This document shows positions 18,374 through 28,794 of a DNA stretch of 62,853 nt, piece after piece. The DNA comes from Solirubrobacteraceae bacterium (GTDB lineage: Bacteria; Actinomycetota; Thermoleophilia; Solirubrobacterales; Solirubrobacteraceae), in the NCBI GenBank assembly GCA_051001735.1, contig JBPCNA010000060.1, positions 1 through 62,853 of the forward strand, read 5' to 3'. A model generated the notes under the pieces. That model was not told the DNA's origin, did no database searches, and worked only from the letters and a program-made list of their open reading frames with translations. Each line of letters opens with the position of its first letter. The first letter of the stretch is position 1. The position numbers and the translations under genes were made by a program.

Positions 18374-19174
18374 ATGACCGGCATGCACGACGCGATCGCG
18401 GACGTTGAGCTGCTGCTCAGCGCCCCGGAGACGGACGTCGCCGCGCTGTATGACCGCGCCGCCGCCCGCTACGACCACTTCCGAGACCTGTGGCTGCGGC
18501 TCGCCGGCGCACCCGCAGAACAAGCCTTGATCGACGACCTCCGCAGCGTCCTGCGGCCCGGCTCGAGGGTTCTCGATGCCGGCTGCGGCACCGGCGCGCT
18601 CGCGCGGGAGGTGCTTCTCATCGAACCGACCGCGCAACTCACGCTGCTTGACCTCTCACCCGTCATGCTGGCCAGAGCGGCTGATCTCCCGGGCGATCAC
18701 GTCGTTGGGAGCGTCCTCGAGCTCCCTTTCACCGACGACACCTTCGACATCGTCATCAGCGGCTGGGTGATCGAGACCGTCCCCGACGCGATCGCGGCCG
18801 TGCGCGAGTACCTGCGCGTCATCAACCCCGACGGGTACGTGCTCTACACGTTCTGCTCGCTGCCCAACGGGTTCCTCTCGCGCGCCGGCAGCGCCTGGCT
18901 GCGCGCCGCCGTCGGCCGCAGCTTCGCCGGCGACTTCATCCCCGAGAAACGCACGCCCTGGCACGACTGCGACCGATCCCACCGCCTGCACGCCCACGGC
19001 GGCCTCGTAACCGAAGTTTCGCTTCGCAAATGCTGCCACGTCGGAGCACCCGTCGTGCCCGCCACGGGCATCCCCGGAGCCTCACAGGACTGTGACGCCG
19101 CCGGCCAGTCGGAGCTCCACGCTGCAGGCACCCGAAGGGAAGAGGGGCCCGGGGAACATCGGAAATCGCGGTAG
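18374..19174 (+). CDS. class I SAM-dependent methyltransferase
   Basis: VLDAGCGTGALAREV motif I, FDIVISGWVIETVPD, INPDGYVLYTF. Confidence 0.8.
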   Translation: MTGMHDAIADVELLLSAPETDVAALYDRAAARYDHFRDLWLRLAGAPAEQALIDDLRSVLRPGSRVLDAGCGTGALAREVLLIEPTAQLTLLDLSPVMLARAADLPGDHVVGSVLELPFTDDTFDIVISGWVIETVPDAIAAVREYLRVINPDGYVLYTFCSLPNGFLSRAGSAWLRAAVGRSFAGDFIPEKRTPWHDCDRSHRLHAHGGLVTEVSLRKCCHVGAPVVPATGIPGASQDCDAAGQSELHAAGTRREEGPGEHRKSR

Positions 19175-19391
19175 GGACCGTGGGCAGCTCCCCCGTCCGC
19201 GGGCGCGTCCCCTCCGCCGCGCGCGCTGCACCAACCCGACCAGATTAACGCCAGATGGGCAATCAACGAGACTTTCCCCCCGCTCGAGCGAACCTCACGG
19301 GCTGGCGATAGGGCCGGCCGGCGCACGGCGGGTTGCCCTCGAAAGCGGCCGGGTCTCGCGGACTCCAATTCTGAAGATCACCGCACGGCCC

Positions 19392-20605
19392 TCACGTGCT
19401 TCGTGTCGCCGATCCCGTCCTTTGATCTGCCTGGGGTCGCAGGACTTGGCGAAGTTTGACGCGCGTGCCGGTTCGCATCACGGAGCGCGCGTAGACGACG
19501 CCGGCGAGTCGGGCGGTTGCGAGGGTCGCGATTATGCAGAGGAGGGCCGAAGCGGCGACCTGCCAGATCGGCGCGGCGCCGACCGCGAAAAGTACGGGCA
19601 TCGCGATCGGTGCCGTCCATGGGATGAACGCGAGGATGTGGAAGAAGGTGTTCTCGCCGCTGAACAGGCGCCATTCGACAGCGCGTAGGCGAGGATCAGC
19701 GGGATCATCAGCGGGAACGCGGCGTTCGACGCGTCGGATTGGCGGGTGATCATCGAGCCGGCCGCTGCGAACGCCGAGAAGTAGAGCGCAAAACCGAGGA
19801 CGAGCCAAAGCGCGCCGATCAGCGCCACGCCGCCCGCGGTGCCGTGAATAGCGTGCGAGCCGACGGCGGTCCCGCAGACCGCGAAGGTGACTCCGAGCGC
19901 CAGCATTTGTGTTAGCGCAAGCGCCGCGAACCCGAGCACCTTGCCCGTCAGGAGCTGCGTTGATCGCACGGCGGCGAGCATCACTTCGACCACTCGGCTT
20001 GTCTTCTCCTCACCCACCGAAGTCGTCAGACGGACTCCGTAGAAGGCGATAGCAAGATAGATCAACAGGCTCACACCAAAGCCCGTGAATCGGCTAGCGA
20101 GGCCCTTCGCGGGCGGCTCGACGCCGCGGATGGGAATCGCGATGCCGGTCGCGAGGGCTGACCGCGCCGCGCCCGGCGGCAGCTTGTGTACGAGGCCGAC
20201 GAACTGCGCGAGCGCACCGGTGAACGTCGCTGTCGACGAGGTCGTTCCGCCGGCTGATTGCTGCTTGATCAGAACCTCGCGCCCATCGATGATCACCGCC
20301 GCGAGTGTTCCGGCGTGGAGCGCCGCCCTGGCCGTGTCGAGATTTGCGACCGCAGCGACATGGACCTTGTCGCCGCTGACCCGACCGGCCGCGATCGCTG
20401 CTTGGGTGAGCGCCGGATCGGACACGCCGAGCACGCCTACCTTCTCGGTCGCGTGTTTGTTGCTGAGCAGTGCGGGAACGACGACGGCCGCCGCCACCGC
20501 GAGGATCATGATCGCCGTCGTAATCCAGAACGATCTGGCTCGGAGGCGCTCGTCGATCTCCCGCCGCGCGATCAGCCATGTGCCTGTCCACCAAGCCGAG
20601 GTCAT
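19392..20605 (-). CDS. ABC-2 type transporter permease (NatB-like), reading frame broken near 19680
   Basis: ORF 19532..20605 gives the N-terminal TM, large extracytoplasmic loop and TM bundle up to MIPLILAYA. The natural end (VEWRLFSGENTFFHILAFIPWTAPIAMPVLFAVG...RVKLRQVL) is in ORF 19392..19808, one frame off. Confidence 0.75.
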
Positions 20606-21570
20606 CGCAGCGCCGCCTCGCGTCGGCGGGCCATCGAAGCGTCGGCGACGATCCGCGGGTCATCCGGCGGATCCTTGGGTCGGACGGCGTCGCGAAATAC
20701 CTCGGAGAGTCGGCGATGCGCGAAACTGAAGTGCTCGAGCGGGCCGCCTCGCCGGGCCGCGTCGAGAATCGCCTCGGCGTCGGCTTCGGGCGACAGTGTC
20801 AGGGTCACGATTCCAGCGGGGTCGACCTCGACACTCGCGACATCCGGCAGGCCGCCGCGCACCCAGGCGCCAACTGAATCGCCGGCGACCTTGATTCGGA
20901 GTCGGGGTGGCTCCGAGCGAGCGAGATCCTCAACGCGACCCTCGACGACCAGCCGCCCGCGATCGACGATCGCGACCGCGTCGCAGAGATGCTCGACCAG
21001 ATCGAGCTGGTGGCTTGAGAAGAGAACTGTGGCACCAGCGGCAGCCCGCTCGGTGAGGATCGCGCTGAACGTGTCGACGGCCGTCGGATCGAGGCCCGAA
21101 AACGGCTCGTCGAGGATCAGCAGGTTAGGCGAGTGCACCAGTGCTGCCGCGAGCTGCACGCGCTGTTGATTTCCGAGTGAGAGTGACTCCAGTTTGTCCG
21201 CTCGACGCTCGACCAGGCCAAAGCGCTCAGTCCACAGCAGCGCTGCCTCGCGGGCGGGCGTCGCCTGGAGGCCGTGAAGACGGCCGAGGAAGACGAGTTG
21301 GTCAAGGATTCGCATCCCCGGATACAGCCCGCGCTCCTCGGGCATGTAGCCAAACCCGCGGCGGTCGCGCTCACCGATCGACCGGCCACGCCAGCGTACC
21401 TCGCCGTCGTCGAGCGCGACCAGGCCGAATACGGCGCGCATCGCCGTGGTCTTCCCCGATCCGTTGGGCCCGAGGAAGCCAAACACCTGCCCCTCGGCCA
21501 CGGTGAACTCGAGCCCGTCGAGCGCGATGACATCCCCGTATCGGCGGCGGAGGGCGATCAGCTCAAGCAC
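20602..21570 (-). CDS. ABC transporter ATP-binding protein (NatA-like, with C-terminal DUF4162-type domain)
   Basis: Walker A GPNGSGKTT, signature LSLGNQQRV, Walker B LLILDEPFSGLD. There is a 4-nt overlap with the permease gene. Confidence 0.9.
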   Translation of the reverse strand: MLELIALRRRYGDVIALDGLEFTVAEGQVFGFLGPNGSGKTTAMRAVFGLVALDDGEVRWRGRSIGERDRRGFGYMPEERGLYPGMRILDQLVFLGRLHGLQATPAREAALLWTERFGLVERRADKLESLSLGNQQRVQLAAALVHSPNLLILDEPFSGLDPTAVDTFSAILTERAAAGATVLFSSHQLDLVEHLCDAVAIVDRGRLVVEGRVEDLARSEPPRLRIKVAGDSVGAWVRGGLPDVASVEVDPAGIVTLTLSPEADAEAILDAARRGGPLEHFSFAHRRLSEVFRDAVRPKDPPDDPRIVADASMARRREAALR

Positions 21571-21809
21571 GCCGTCGCCTGTCTAGCTAGTTCGCGTCGA
21601 ACGGCCATCTTGCGTCCTGCTCGACTGCGCCCGGCGCACGAACTCGCAGCCCCGCCCGAGCGCGTTGAGCGTTCGTCGTGGCGACGACGGGACTTCACGC
21701 CGAAGCATTGAGGGGCGACGTTGAGGGTCGATCAGCATCGCACGAACGTTGACCCGCCGAGCCCCAGAAGTCAAAGACCTGCATCGTCTACTTAATAGCA
21801 TTGCTGGTT

Positions 21810-22705
21810 ATGGAGCTCCGGCAGCTGCAATATCTAGTGGCGATGACGGCGGAGGCGAGCTTCACGAAGGCTGCTGCCAAGCTGCATGTCGCTCAGCCCG
21901 GCGTCAGCGCGCAGATTCGAAGCTTGGAGCGAGAGCTTGGCGAACCGTTGCTCGATCGCTCCGGGCGCACCGTCCGTCCGACCGAGGTCGGGGCGGCGAT
22001 CCTGCCGTTCGCGCGTGCGGCCCTCAAAGCGGTAGCCGTGGTGCGGCTTACCATCGATGAGCTCACCGGACTCGTCCGCGGGCACGTTGCTGTCGGGATG
22101 GTCACCTCGTGTCTCTCGCTCGTCGACGTTCCGAAGCTGTTGGCCGAGTTCCATCGACATCACCCGGCGGTCGAGATCACGCTGTCGGAGGCCAACTCCG
22201 ACCGGCTGCTCGCCGCGTTGCACGACGGCGAGCTTGACGTCGCCGTCGTTGGCATGACCGGAGCGCCGCGGCCGGGAATCGCAAGCCTGTCGCCGCTGAC
22301 GAGGCGCTTGTCGCTGCCGTCAGCCGAACCGACCCGCTCGTAGACCGAGCCGCGATCACACTCAAAGCCCTCGGTGAGCGGGCTCTGATCAGCCTGCCGC
22401 GGGGCACCGGACTCCGCGCCAGCCTCGACGGCGCCTGCGCGAAGGCCGGCTTCGAGCCGCACATCGTGTTCGAGGCCAGCGACCCACACGTGCTCGCCCA
22501 ATTCGCGATCAGAGGTTTCGGCGTCGCGATCCTGCCCGAATCCATTGCCAACGCCTACCCGACAGGCCTCCACGCCATCGCGATCACCCGCCCCGGGCTT
22601 CGTGCGCGCCTCGACCTCGCCTGGAAGGCAGAAGGACCAACCAGCCCGGCAGCACGAGCGCTGATTGCGCACACCCGCGCCGCGCTCGAAGCGCAGCACA
22701 GTTGA
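21810..22705 (+). CDS. LysR-family transcriptional regulator, reading frame broken near 22285
   Basis: MELRQLQYLVAMTAEASFTKAAAKLHVAQPGVSAQIRSLERELG (HTH) in ORF 21801..22343. The co-inducer domain continues one frame off (VAADEALVAAVSRTDPL...ISLPRGTGLR...) into ORF 22466..22705. Confidence 0.8.
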
Positions 22706-23250
22706 CGCGGCCCGGCTGTCTCACCGATCGAAGGAAACGCCGCCCGTGACAGGCGCGGTGTGAGGGCCGGCCGGTGACCGCGGACACCGTCGCGGCGCTC
22801 GGAGAGCTCGCGCGATCCGGCGGGCTCGCCGATGCAGCGTGGCCTGGAGCTCGTCGATGACTCAGGTCTCGTCCGCCGGCGACCGTCGTAGCCGGGCTCG
22901 GGCGGGGCGACGTGCCCGCCTCGAAGCGCTTGTCGAGCTGTTCGTCAACGGGCTGCGAACCGGTTGGGGCGAGGTCTGCGCGGCGATCCGATCGCTGCGA
23001 ACCGAGGACATTCTCGCCGCGCAGCCGGTCGACGCACGACGCCGACGTTCGCGCGCGGCTGACGCTGGCGAGTCACGCCGGCCTACTCGTCACCGGCGCC
23101 ACGGGTGCTGCCTGTGGCGAGCCGGCCCAGGCCCGTTGTCCGGGCCGGACGCACCCTGGCCTCTTTGACGATCCGCGGGTCGGCCGCCGCGTTCTTGGAT
23201 CTCGGCACGGCACCCGAGTCTCGTGTTGACGTCGCCGCGCCGCGGCCGTT

Positions 23251-24057
23251 TCAAATGCGGGCCGGCGGCGGCGTGCGCACTCTTGGGTCGAGGCAGGTGA
23301 GGGCGAGGCCGCTGAGCAGGCCGACGCCGTGGGGATCGCGTAGTGCGGTCATTGCGGTGGCCGCGGCGATCACGGCGGTGGCGGTGGCCCGGCTGAGAGG
23401 GCGGGCCGGGAGGCGGTGTCTGGCGGTGGTGGCCGCGGCGAGGGCGGCTGCACCGGCGAGCGCTGCGGTTTGGTAGCTGGTGGTGTCGAGGACGGTGAGG
23501 TAGGCGGCGAAGTGGGCGGTGTAGAGGTAGGCGGGCCACCGGGGGAGCGCGCCGTCTTGCAGTTGAGTCATGGCGAGCGCCCCGATCAGGCCGGCGACGG
23601 CGTCGGAGGAGCCGCCGCCGTTGGCGTGTGGTTGCCAGCGGTACGCGGCGAGGTTGCCGGCGAGGCCGCTGGCTAGGTAGCACGCGAGGCAGCGGGTGTG
23701 CCCGTGGCGGCGTTCCACAGCGACGCCGACCAGGACGCTTCCGGTGAGGTTGTAGGCGTACTGGCCGAGCCCGTCGGGTTGCACCAGCAGCGGCGTGACC
23801 AGCCGCCACCATTCCCGGTCGTGGAGCCGTGCGCCGTCGCGCCGCCAGCGGGCGACCAGATCGGGCCAGATGAACTGGGCGCCGCCGACGGCGGCGGTCA
23901 GGCTGGTGATCGTGGCCGTCGCCGGACAGCGACCGAGCGGCCGGCGTCGGGCGGGCCGGTGTCCGGCGGTCGTCGGTGCGGCGCGGTGCCTCGTGGTGGG
24001 AGCAGCCGGCGGCCGGATCTGGCGGGAAGGGCGCGAGGGGCGGCGTGGCTCGAACAC
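23251..24057 (-). CDS. rhomboid-family intramembrane serine protease
   Basis: REWWRLVTPLLVQPDG, GGSSDAVAGLIGA (GxSxxxxG catalytic Ser) and several TMs. Start set at GTG 24057, downstream of the stop of the neighbouring gene; the start is uncertain. Confidence 0.65.
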   Translation of the reverse strand: MFEPRRPSRPSRQIRPPAAPTTRHRAAPTTAGHRPARRRPLGRCPATATITSLTAAVGGAQFIWPDLVARWRRDGARLHDREWWRLVTPLLVQPDGLGQYAYNLTGSVLVGVAVERRHGHTRCLACYLASGLAGNLAAYRWQPHANGGGSSDAVAGLIGALAMTQLQDGALPRWPAYLYTAHFAAYLTVLDTTSYQTAALAGAAALAAATTARHRLPARPLSRATATAVIAAATAMTALRDPHGVGLLSGLALTCLDPRVRTPPPARI

Positions 24058-24071
24058 GGTGTTCTCGTGGG

Positions 24072-24773
24072 TCAGCTCGGTAGGTGCAGGGGCGAGGGCG
24101 GTGCTGACCCGCCGGCGGTTGTCGTTGGTGGGCCGGCCCTTGGCGACGGGCGCAACATGGCCCACAGGCCGGCGTGGGCGTAGTAGACGTTGGTAGCGAT
24201 GATCAGGAGCGCCGAGGTGGCGAGGTAGAGGGCGGTGCCGGCGGCGGGGACCGCGTCGATCGGCAGGGTGTAGGAGATCACGACACGCACGACCGAGTCG
24301 GCGATGGTGCCCACGCCCCAGATGACGCTGGAGGTGCGCCAGATCCGCCGAAACAGGGGCTCGCGCTCCCAGAGGGCGTCCCAGTCTTCGGTGAACCCCC
24401 ACCGGCCGTGGGGAAGGAACGGGCGAGTCAGCAGCAGCGCCAGAGGCCGCGAGCCGCGGGTGCTGGCGAGAAACCACACGCCGGTGATCGCGGTCACCCA
24501 GCCTTCCTTGGCCAGCAGCAGCCGGGGCCCTCCGCCGGCGAGCGAGAGGACGAGCCCGACGGCCAGCGCGGTCAGGCTCAGCGCGGCGAGCGGCTCGATG
24601 CGCCCGCGACGCATCACGCCGATCACGGCGCCTACGCCGGGCGCGACGGCCGCGGCCAGCACCGCCGGGTACAGCCCGATGCCCGAGAAGCGCAGGCCGT
24701 AGTAGATGCCGATTGGCGCCAGCAGGTCGACGGCCAGGGCTGTTGCGCTCCCGCGCTGCGGGGGCGGCGTCAT
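24072..24773 (-). CDS. multi-pass membrane protein (resembles the VC0807-type family commonly paired with TetR regulators)
   Basis: 233 aa, 6-7 hydrophobic segments (LLAPIGIYYGLRFSGIGLY, VIWGVGTIADSVVRVVISY). There is a 4-nt overlap with the upstream TetR gene. Family assignment is from memory only. Confidence 0.55.
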   Translation of the reverse strand: MTPPPQRGSATALAVDLLAPIGIYYGLRFSGIGLYPAVLAAAVAPGVGAVIGVMRRGRIEPLAALSLTALAVGLVLSLAGGGPRLLLAKEGWVTAITGVWFLASTRGSRPLALLLTRPFLPHGRWGFTEDWDALWEREPLFRRIWRTSSVIWGVGTIADSVVRVVISYTLPIDAVPAAGTALYLATSALLIIATNVYYAHAGLWAMLRPSPRAGPPTTTAGGSAPPSPLHLPS

Positions 24774-25387
24774 GCCGGGTTCCCGGTGTGCAGGCCCGTC
24801 TCGAAGAGGGCGAGGAGTTCCTGGGCGTACAGGTCGAGGTCGAGGTCTGGGGCGCTCTCGAGCAGCAGCGCCGTGCCTTCGATCGCGCGTTGGATGGCTG
24901 ACGCGATCACGCGCGCGTCACCGGGCCGGAACTGTCCGGTTGCCTGCCCGGCGCGGAGGATCTCCTCCAAGGGCGACGACACGGATCGGTTCGCGGCGGC
25001 GTCGAACGGCACGCCGCCGTTGACGAACACCTCGAGCAGTGCCTTCATGTGCCGTCGGTGCGTGCCGATGAACTCGACGTTCCCGCGGATGTAGGCCCGA
25101 AGCATGCCCGCGGGGTCCTGGGCGGCGGCGATCCGCTCGGCCATGAATGGCCGCATCACGCCGATGACCTCCTCGACGACTTCGGCGATCAGTTCCGCCT
25201 TGTTGGCGAAGTGGTAGGTGATCAGTCCGGTGCTCGACAGGCCCGCCCGGCGAGCGATCGCTGACAACGATGCCGCTCCGTAGCCGACATCGGCCAGCGT
25301 GTCGATCGCCGCCGCGACGATCTGCGCGCGGCGGGCCGTCTCGGTGAACGTGCGAACGGGGGTGTCTGAACCGGCCCTTGCTTGCAT
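24770..25387 (-). CDS. TetR/AcrR-family transcriptional regulator
   Basis: RRAQIVAAAIDTLADVGYGAASLSAIARRAGLSSTGLITYHFANKAELI is a canonical TetR HTH. Confidence 0.9.
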   Translation of the reverse strand: MQARAGSDTPVRTFTETARRAQIVAAAIDTLADVGYGAASLSAIARRAGLSSTGLITYHFANKAELIAEVVEEVIGVMRPFMAERIAAAQDPAGMLRAYIRGNVEFIGTHRRHMKALLEVFVNGGVPFDAAANRSVSSPLEEILRAGQATGQFRPGDARVIASAIQRAIEGTALLLESAPDLDLDLYAQELLALFETGLHTGNPA

Positions 25388-25476
25388 GAGCAGATTATAG
25401 CGCGAGCGGGCAGCAATCGTCTGCCTCGTGTCGCGCGGCGGCCGGACTCCGGTGCCGCCGCGCGTCAGGACGGTGG

Positions 25477-27195
25477 TCAGGACGGCCGGGGTGGGTAGTG
25501 GCCGTGGTAGTCGTAGTTGCCGTTGAGGCTCGTGGCCGCGGCCGGCGCCGGAGCGAGCGCGTCGTAGGGCGCGATTGTCTGCTTGATCACGGTGGCGTAG
25601 TCAGGGAGCGCGATGATCGGCGCAGGCACTGCCTGCGGCGCCACGCCGCGCTCTACCCAGGCGATCATTGGCGTGAGGAGCTCAGGCGTGGCGATCTCGG
25701 CTGGATGGTTGAAATCGGGGCCGACGAGGCAGTGATAGGCGCCGGGGACGAGGTAGAGCCGGGAGAAGCGCTGGCTCGCGGCGAAGCCGCCCGTGGCGTG
25801 CTCGACCGCGGCGTAGTAGTCGATGGTCGACCAGGGCGGGATCGCCGGGTCGGCCAGGCCGTGGTAGATGAGCAGCTTGCCGCCGTGGGCGCGGAAGGCG
25901 GTGAGGTCGGGGTTGTTCGCGTTGTAGATCGCGTTGCCGAGGACGTTGAGCCGGGCGAGCTCGCGGTCGGTGAACCGTACTCCGGCGAGCGTGAATCGGT
26001 CCGGGGGGTTGTGCGCGTATCCGAGGTACTTCAGGTAGTTCAGCGCAATGCGCGCGTCGTAGGTATCGGCCGGCGCGCCGGTGTCGGCGGCCGGCGCGAC
26101 GAACGTCGCCCAGCCGAGCTCCGATCCGTAGGGCACGCCGCCGTTGTAGAGGCTGCCCCCTGCCGTGTCGGTGGGTCCGCGATAGAACGCGCGGACCGCG
26201 GAGACCTGGGCGGTGGTCAGGCACGGCGCGGTATCGGTGCCGGGCGGGCATTGGATACTGGCGGGTTGGAAGGTGCATCGGCGGGGGTCGGCGATGATGC
26301 CGTGGGCGTCGCCGCATTGACCGATGACCGCGGCGTGCAGCGCCGCGAGTTTCTCGGCGGTGAGGATCTGGTGGCCCGCGCGGTCGGTGTTGTGCTGGAT
26401 CAGCCACGGGTCGAGCATCCCGGCCAGGGGCGCCAGGTTGCCGGCTGGTGCACCGGCGATGATGCCGTCGAAGTCGGTGGGGTAGCGCTGCGCCAGGATC
26501 AGGCCCTGTCGGCCGCCGGTGGAGCATCCGTCGAAGTACGAGTAAGCCGGTGGCCGTCCGTAGTAGCGCGTGATGACGGCCTTGGCCAGCTGCTTGAGGC
26601 TGTGCTCCGAGGTGAGGCCGAAGACCTGGCGCAGATGCGGATCGTTCTTGGCCCAGCGGCCGTCGGTCTGGTCGCTGGCCGTGTGGCCGCCGTCGTCGGT
26701 GGCGAGCACGAGTTGGCCGTCCACTGCGGGCTGGCAGGTGAAGCCGGCCAGCGGCCGGGCCGGCAGGGCGACCGCCCCGCAAAAGACGCCGCCGTCGCAG
26801 CCCTCCTGGAGATACTGTCCACGCCACCCAGAGGTGGGAAGCTTTATATCGAAGTGGGTGCGCGGCGAAATCGACCCGCGCACGTCGCAGTAGGCGTGTC
26901 CGCCGCTCGTCGCCACCGCGGCCGAGACGACCACGCTCGGGGCGTCCCGGACGTGGGAGAAGTCCGCGCCGGCCAATGCCGAGCAGTCCACGATCGGGGA
27001 GGCCCGAAGCGCGGGGGCGCTAACGGCCCACGCGGGGGGCGCGGCGAGGATCGCAGCGGCGAGTCCGAGAGTCGTCATCAAACCAGCCGCCACGGAGACG
27101 ACACCCAATCGGGTACCGAAAGACCGGGGAACGCTCGTCGTCCTCTGAACCGTGACAGCATGATCTTGCTTTATCAACCGGGAATCCGCTCGCAT
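25477..27195 (-). CDS. secreted tannase / feruloyl esterase family alpha/beta hydrolase
   Basis: Signal VVSVAAGLMTTLGLAAAILAAPPAWA. YFDGCSTGGRQGLILAQRYPTDFDGIIAGAPA (nucleophile elbow of the tannase family). ~570 aa. Confidence 0.85.
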   Translation of the reverse strand: MRADSRLIKQDHAVTVQRTTSVPRSFGTRLGVVSVAAGLMTTLGLAAAILAAPPAWAVSAPALRASPIVDCSALAGADFSHVRDAPSVVVSAAVATSGGHAYCDVRGSISPRTHFDIKLPTSGWRGQYLQEGCDGGVFCGAVALPARPLAGFTCQPAVDGQLVLATDDGGHTASDQTDGRWAKNDPHLRQVFGLTSEHSLKQLAKAVITRYYGRPPAYSYFDGCSTGGRQGLILAQRYPTDFDGIIAGAPAGNLAPLAGMLDPWLIQHNTDRAGHQILTAEKLAALHAAVIGQCGDAHGIIADPRRCTFQPASIQCPPGTDTAPCLTTAQVSAVRAFYRGPTDTAGGSLYNGGVPYGSELGWATFVAPAADTGAPADTYDARIALNYLKYLGYAHNPPDRFTLAGVRFTDRELARLNVLGNAIYNANNPDLTAFRAHGGKLLIYHGLADPAIPPWSTIDYYAAVEHATGGFAASQRFSRLYLVPGAYHCLVGPDFNHPAEIATPELLTPMIAWVERGVAPQAVPAPIIALPDYATVIKQTIAPYDALAPAPAAATSLNGNYDYHGHYPPRPS

Positions 27196-27289
27196 GAGCT
27201 AATCCTAGCAGACGCGAGCGGAGCGGCGGAGGGAGTGAGCCGGCAGCGGGTGGGCGTCACGGCAAACCCGACGGCAACGCTGGTCGGCC

Positions 27290-27455
27290 AGGGGGTTTCC
27301 TGAGGCGTTCCGCCGCCGCATCGGGCGCCAACCTCGGCGAGTCGCTCAACGACCTGCGCCGGTTCATCTTCTTCGCCCACCGAGGCAGAGTCCGTACCCC
27401 GCCACACCGACCAAACCACCGAGGCCCACTGCCACAGCCTCGTCGTCAAACGCCC
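27290..27455 (+). pseudogene. Tn3-family transposase relic (short C-terminal fragment with frame break)
   Basis: LRRSAAASGANLGESLNDLRRFIFFAHRGE matches the conserved ..LRRRI.AGLNKGEA.NALARAVFF...GE block of Tn3 TnpA. It continues one frame off (VPRHTDQTTEAHCHSLVV) and then stops. Not in the ORF track. Confidence 0.55.
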
Positions 27456-27677
27456 GGAGCGGTTACGGATGCCCCAGGCCCCACAGTGAGCGGCCCGCGG
27501 GCGTGCGCTTGCTGAATTCGCGCGGCGGCTCGGCGCCCCCACTCGGCACCAGAGTCAGCGCGTCGCCGGCGGCGACGTCGCGTTCGCACGCCACGCCGCT
27601 CCGGCGCGGCGAGCGACTTCCCGACCCGTCGTCTGTCGACGAGGTCAGCCCGCCGCGAGCGGCGCCCCCGGGCGCGG

Positions 27678-28221
27678 TCAGCGGGCCACGACGGTGAACG
27701 TGAGCGTCGCGGACCGGGCGCGCCCGGTCCCGCTGCAAGGCGACGACGCGACGGTCCCGCGGAAGCCGTAGCGGCCCGGGCGCAACTCGAGCGGCAGCGT
27801 GAACGTCTGGGTTTGACCGGCGCGCTTCCCCCCCCAGGCCACACGGAGCGTCAGCGCGCGCCGCGATCACGCCGCCCCCGCCGCCCGCCGGTGAGGTCTG
27901 TCGGTAGGCCACCGAGACGATCTGCCCATCCGTCGCTCGCGCCGTGATCTGCAGGGCGGTGTACGCGCGCGGCGCACCCGCCGGCCGGAACTTCCCGTAG
28001 CGAACCGAAAGCACCAGGATCTTCCCGGTGGCCTGGACGGGAGCGCGCCCGTTCGTGACCGTCGCGCTGTTTTGGCGGTTGGCGCCATTGGCCGTCCCGG
28101 CAACGCCGAGCGCGACGAGCGCACACCAGCCCGTCACGACCGCCCGCCGACGAAGCGCGCGACCCGTCGCGCTCATCTTCTCAAGCGAAGGTCGCGGGCC
28201 CGTGGTGTTCATCTCAGACAC
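27678..28221 (-). CDS. secreted hypothetical protein, frame broken at a C8 tract (27828-27835)
   Basis: ORF 27463..28221 begins with signal RRRAVVTGWCALVALGVAGTANG and a beta-rich body. After the G8 run (reverse strand) the adjacent frame gives KRAGQTQTFTLPLELRPGRYGFRGTVASSPCSGTGRARSATLTFTVVAR with a stop at 27678. The in-frame tail is Arg/Pro noise. Confidence 0.5.
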
Positions 28222-28246
28222 GGCGGCGACCGGCGGATGGTTGCGG

Positions 28247-28630
28247 TCAGCGGCCGCAGATGACGTGCACCTCGATGCTCCAGTTGGAGGCGAACGCGCT
28301 GGTCGCGTTGCCCGCTGCGACCCATCCGGTTGGGTGAGCGCTCGCGTCCGGGTTGGGACGGCTCTGTGTTATCGCCAGCGGCTCGACTCCTCCGGGTTCA
28401 CCGGGAAAGTGGAGGTGCGCGCCCCCTCCGAGCGCGACGTAGCCCGCGGGGCAGCGGACGGCGACCTGCTTGCTCGGCGTGGCGTCAACCGCGGCGTCCT
28501 TCGACAGCGCGATGAATTTCGCGCCGCCGGGAGCCATCGCGGGGTGGTGGTGCGGGCTGGCGGCCAAGACCGAGCCACCAAACGCAAGCGCTACCGCTCC
28601 GGAGCTGAGGTGTTTCTGAGTCAAAGCCAC
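28247..28630 (-). CDS. small secreted hypothetical protein
   Basis: 127 aa. Signal SSGAVALAFGGSVLAASP, two Cys and a beta-rich composition. No recognised family. Confidence 0.5.
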   Translation of the reverse strand: MALTQKHLSSGAVALAFGGSVLAASPHHHPAMAPGGAKFIALSKDAAVDATPSKQVAVRCPAGYVALGGGAHLHFPGEPGGVEPLAITQSRPNPDASAHPTGWVAAGNATSAFASNWSIEVHVICGR

Positions 28631-28794
28631 AGATCGGGGAGCGGATCAGTCCACATCCGTGGGGCTCTGGCGGTTGGCTTTGGTTTGCTGGGTTCGATGG
28701 TACGCGATCCGGGCCCAGCGGGCTTGTCGTAGCACGCGTTTGCGGGCGGCGCGGATCTGCGGGCCGCGTCCTTCGTGCTCGTCTTCGGGCGGCG

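Noticed and set aside
22705-23250. Relic of an NAD(P)-binding (LVTGATG) protein downstream of the LysR gene
   Set aside because: Only the short string AGLLVTGATGAA (about 23085-23120) is suggestive. Neither flank gives a convincing Rossmann-fold continuation in any frame.
25498-27303. 601-aa ORF on the forward strand
   Set aside because: It is antisense to the tannase-like gene, which has clear family motifs. The translation is low-complexity (Gly/Arg/Val/Asp) with no motifs.
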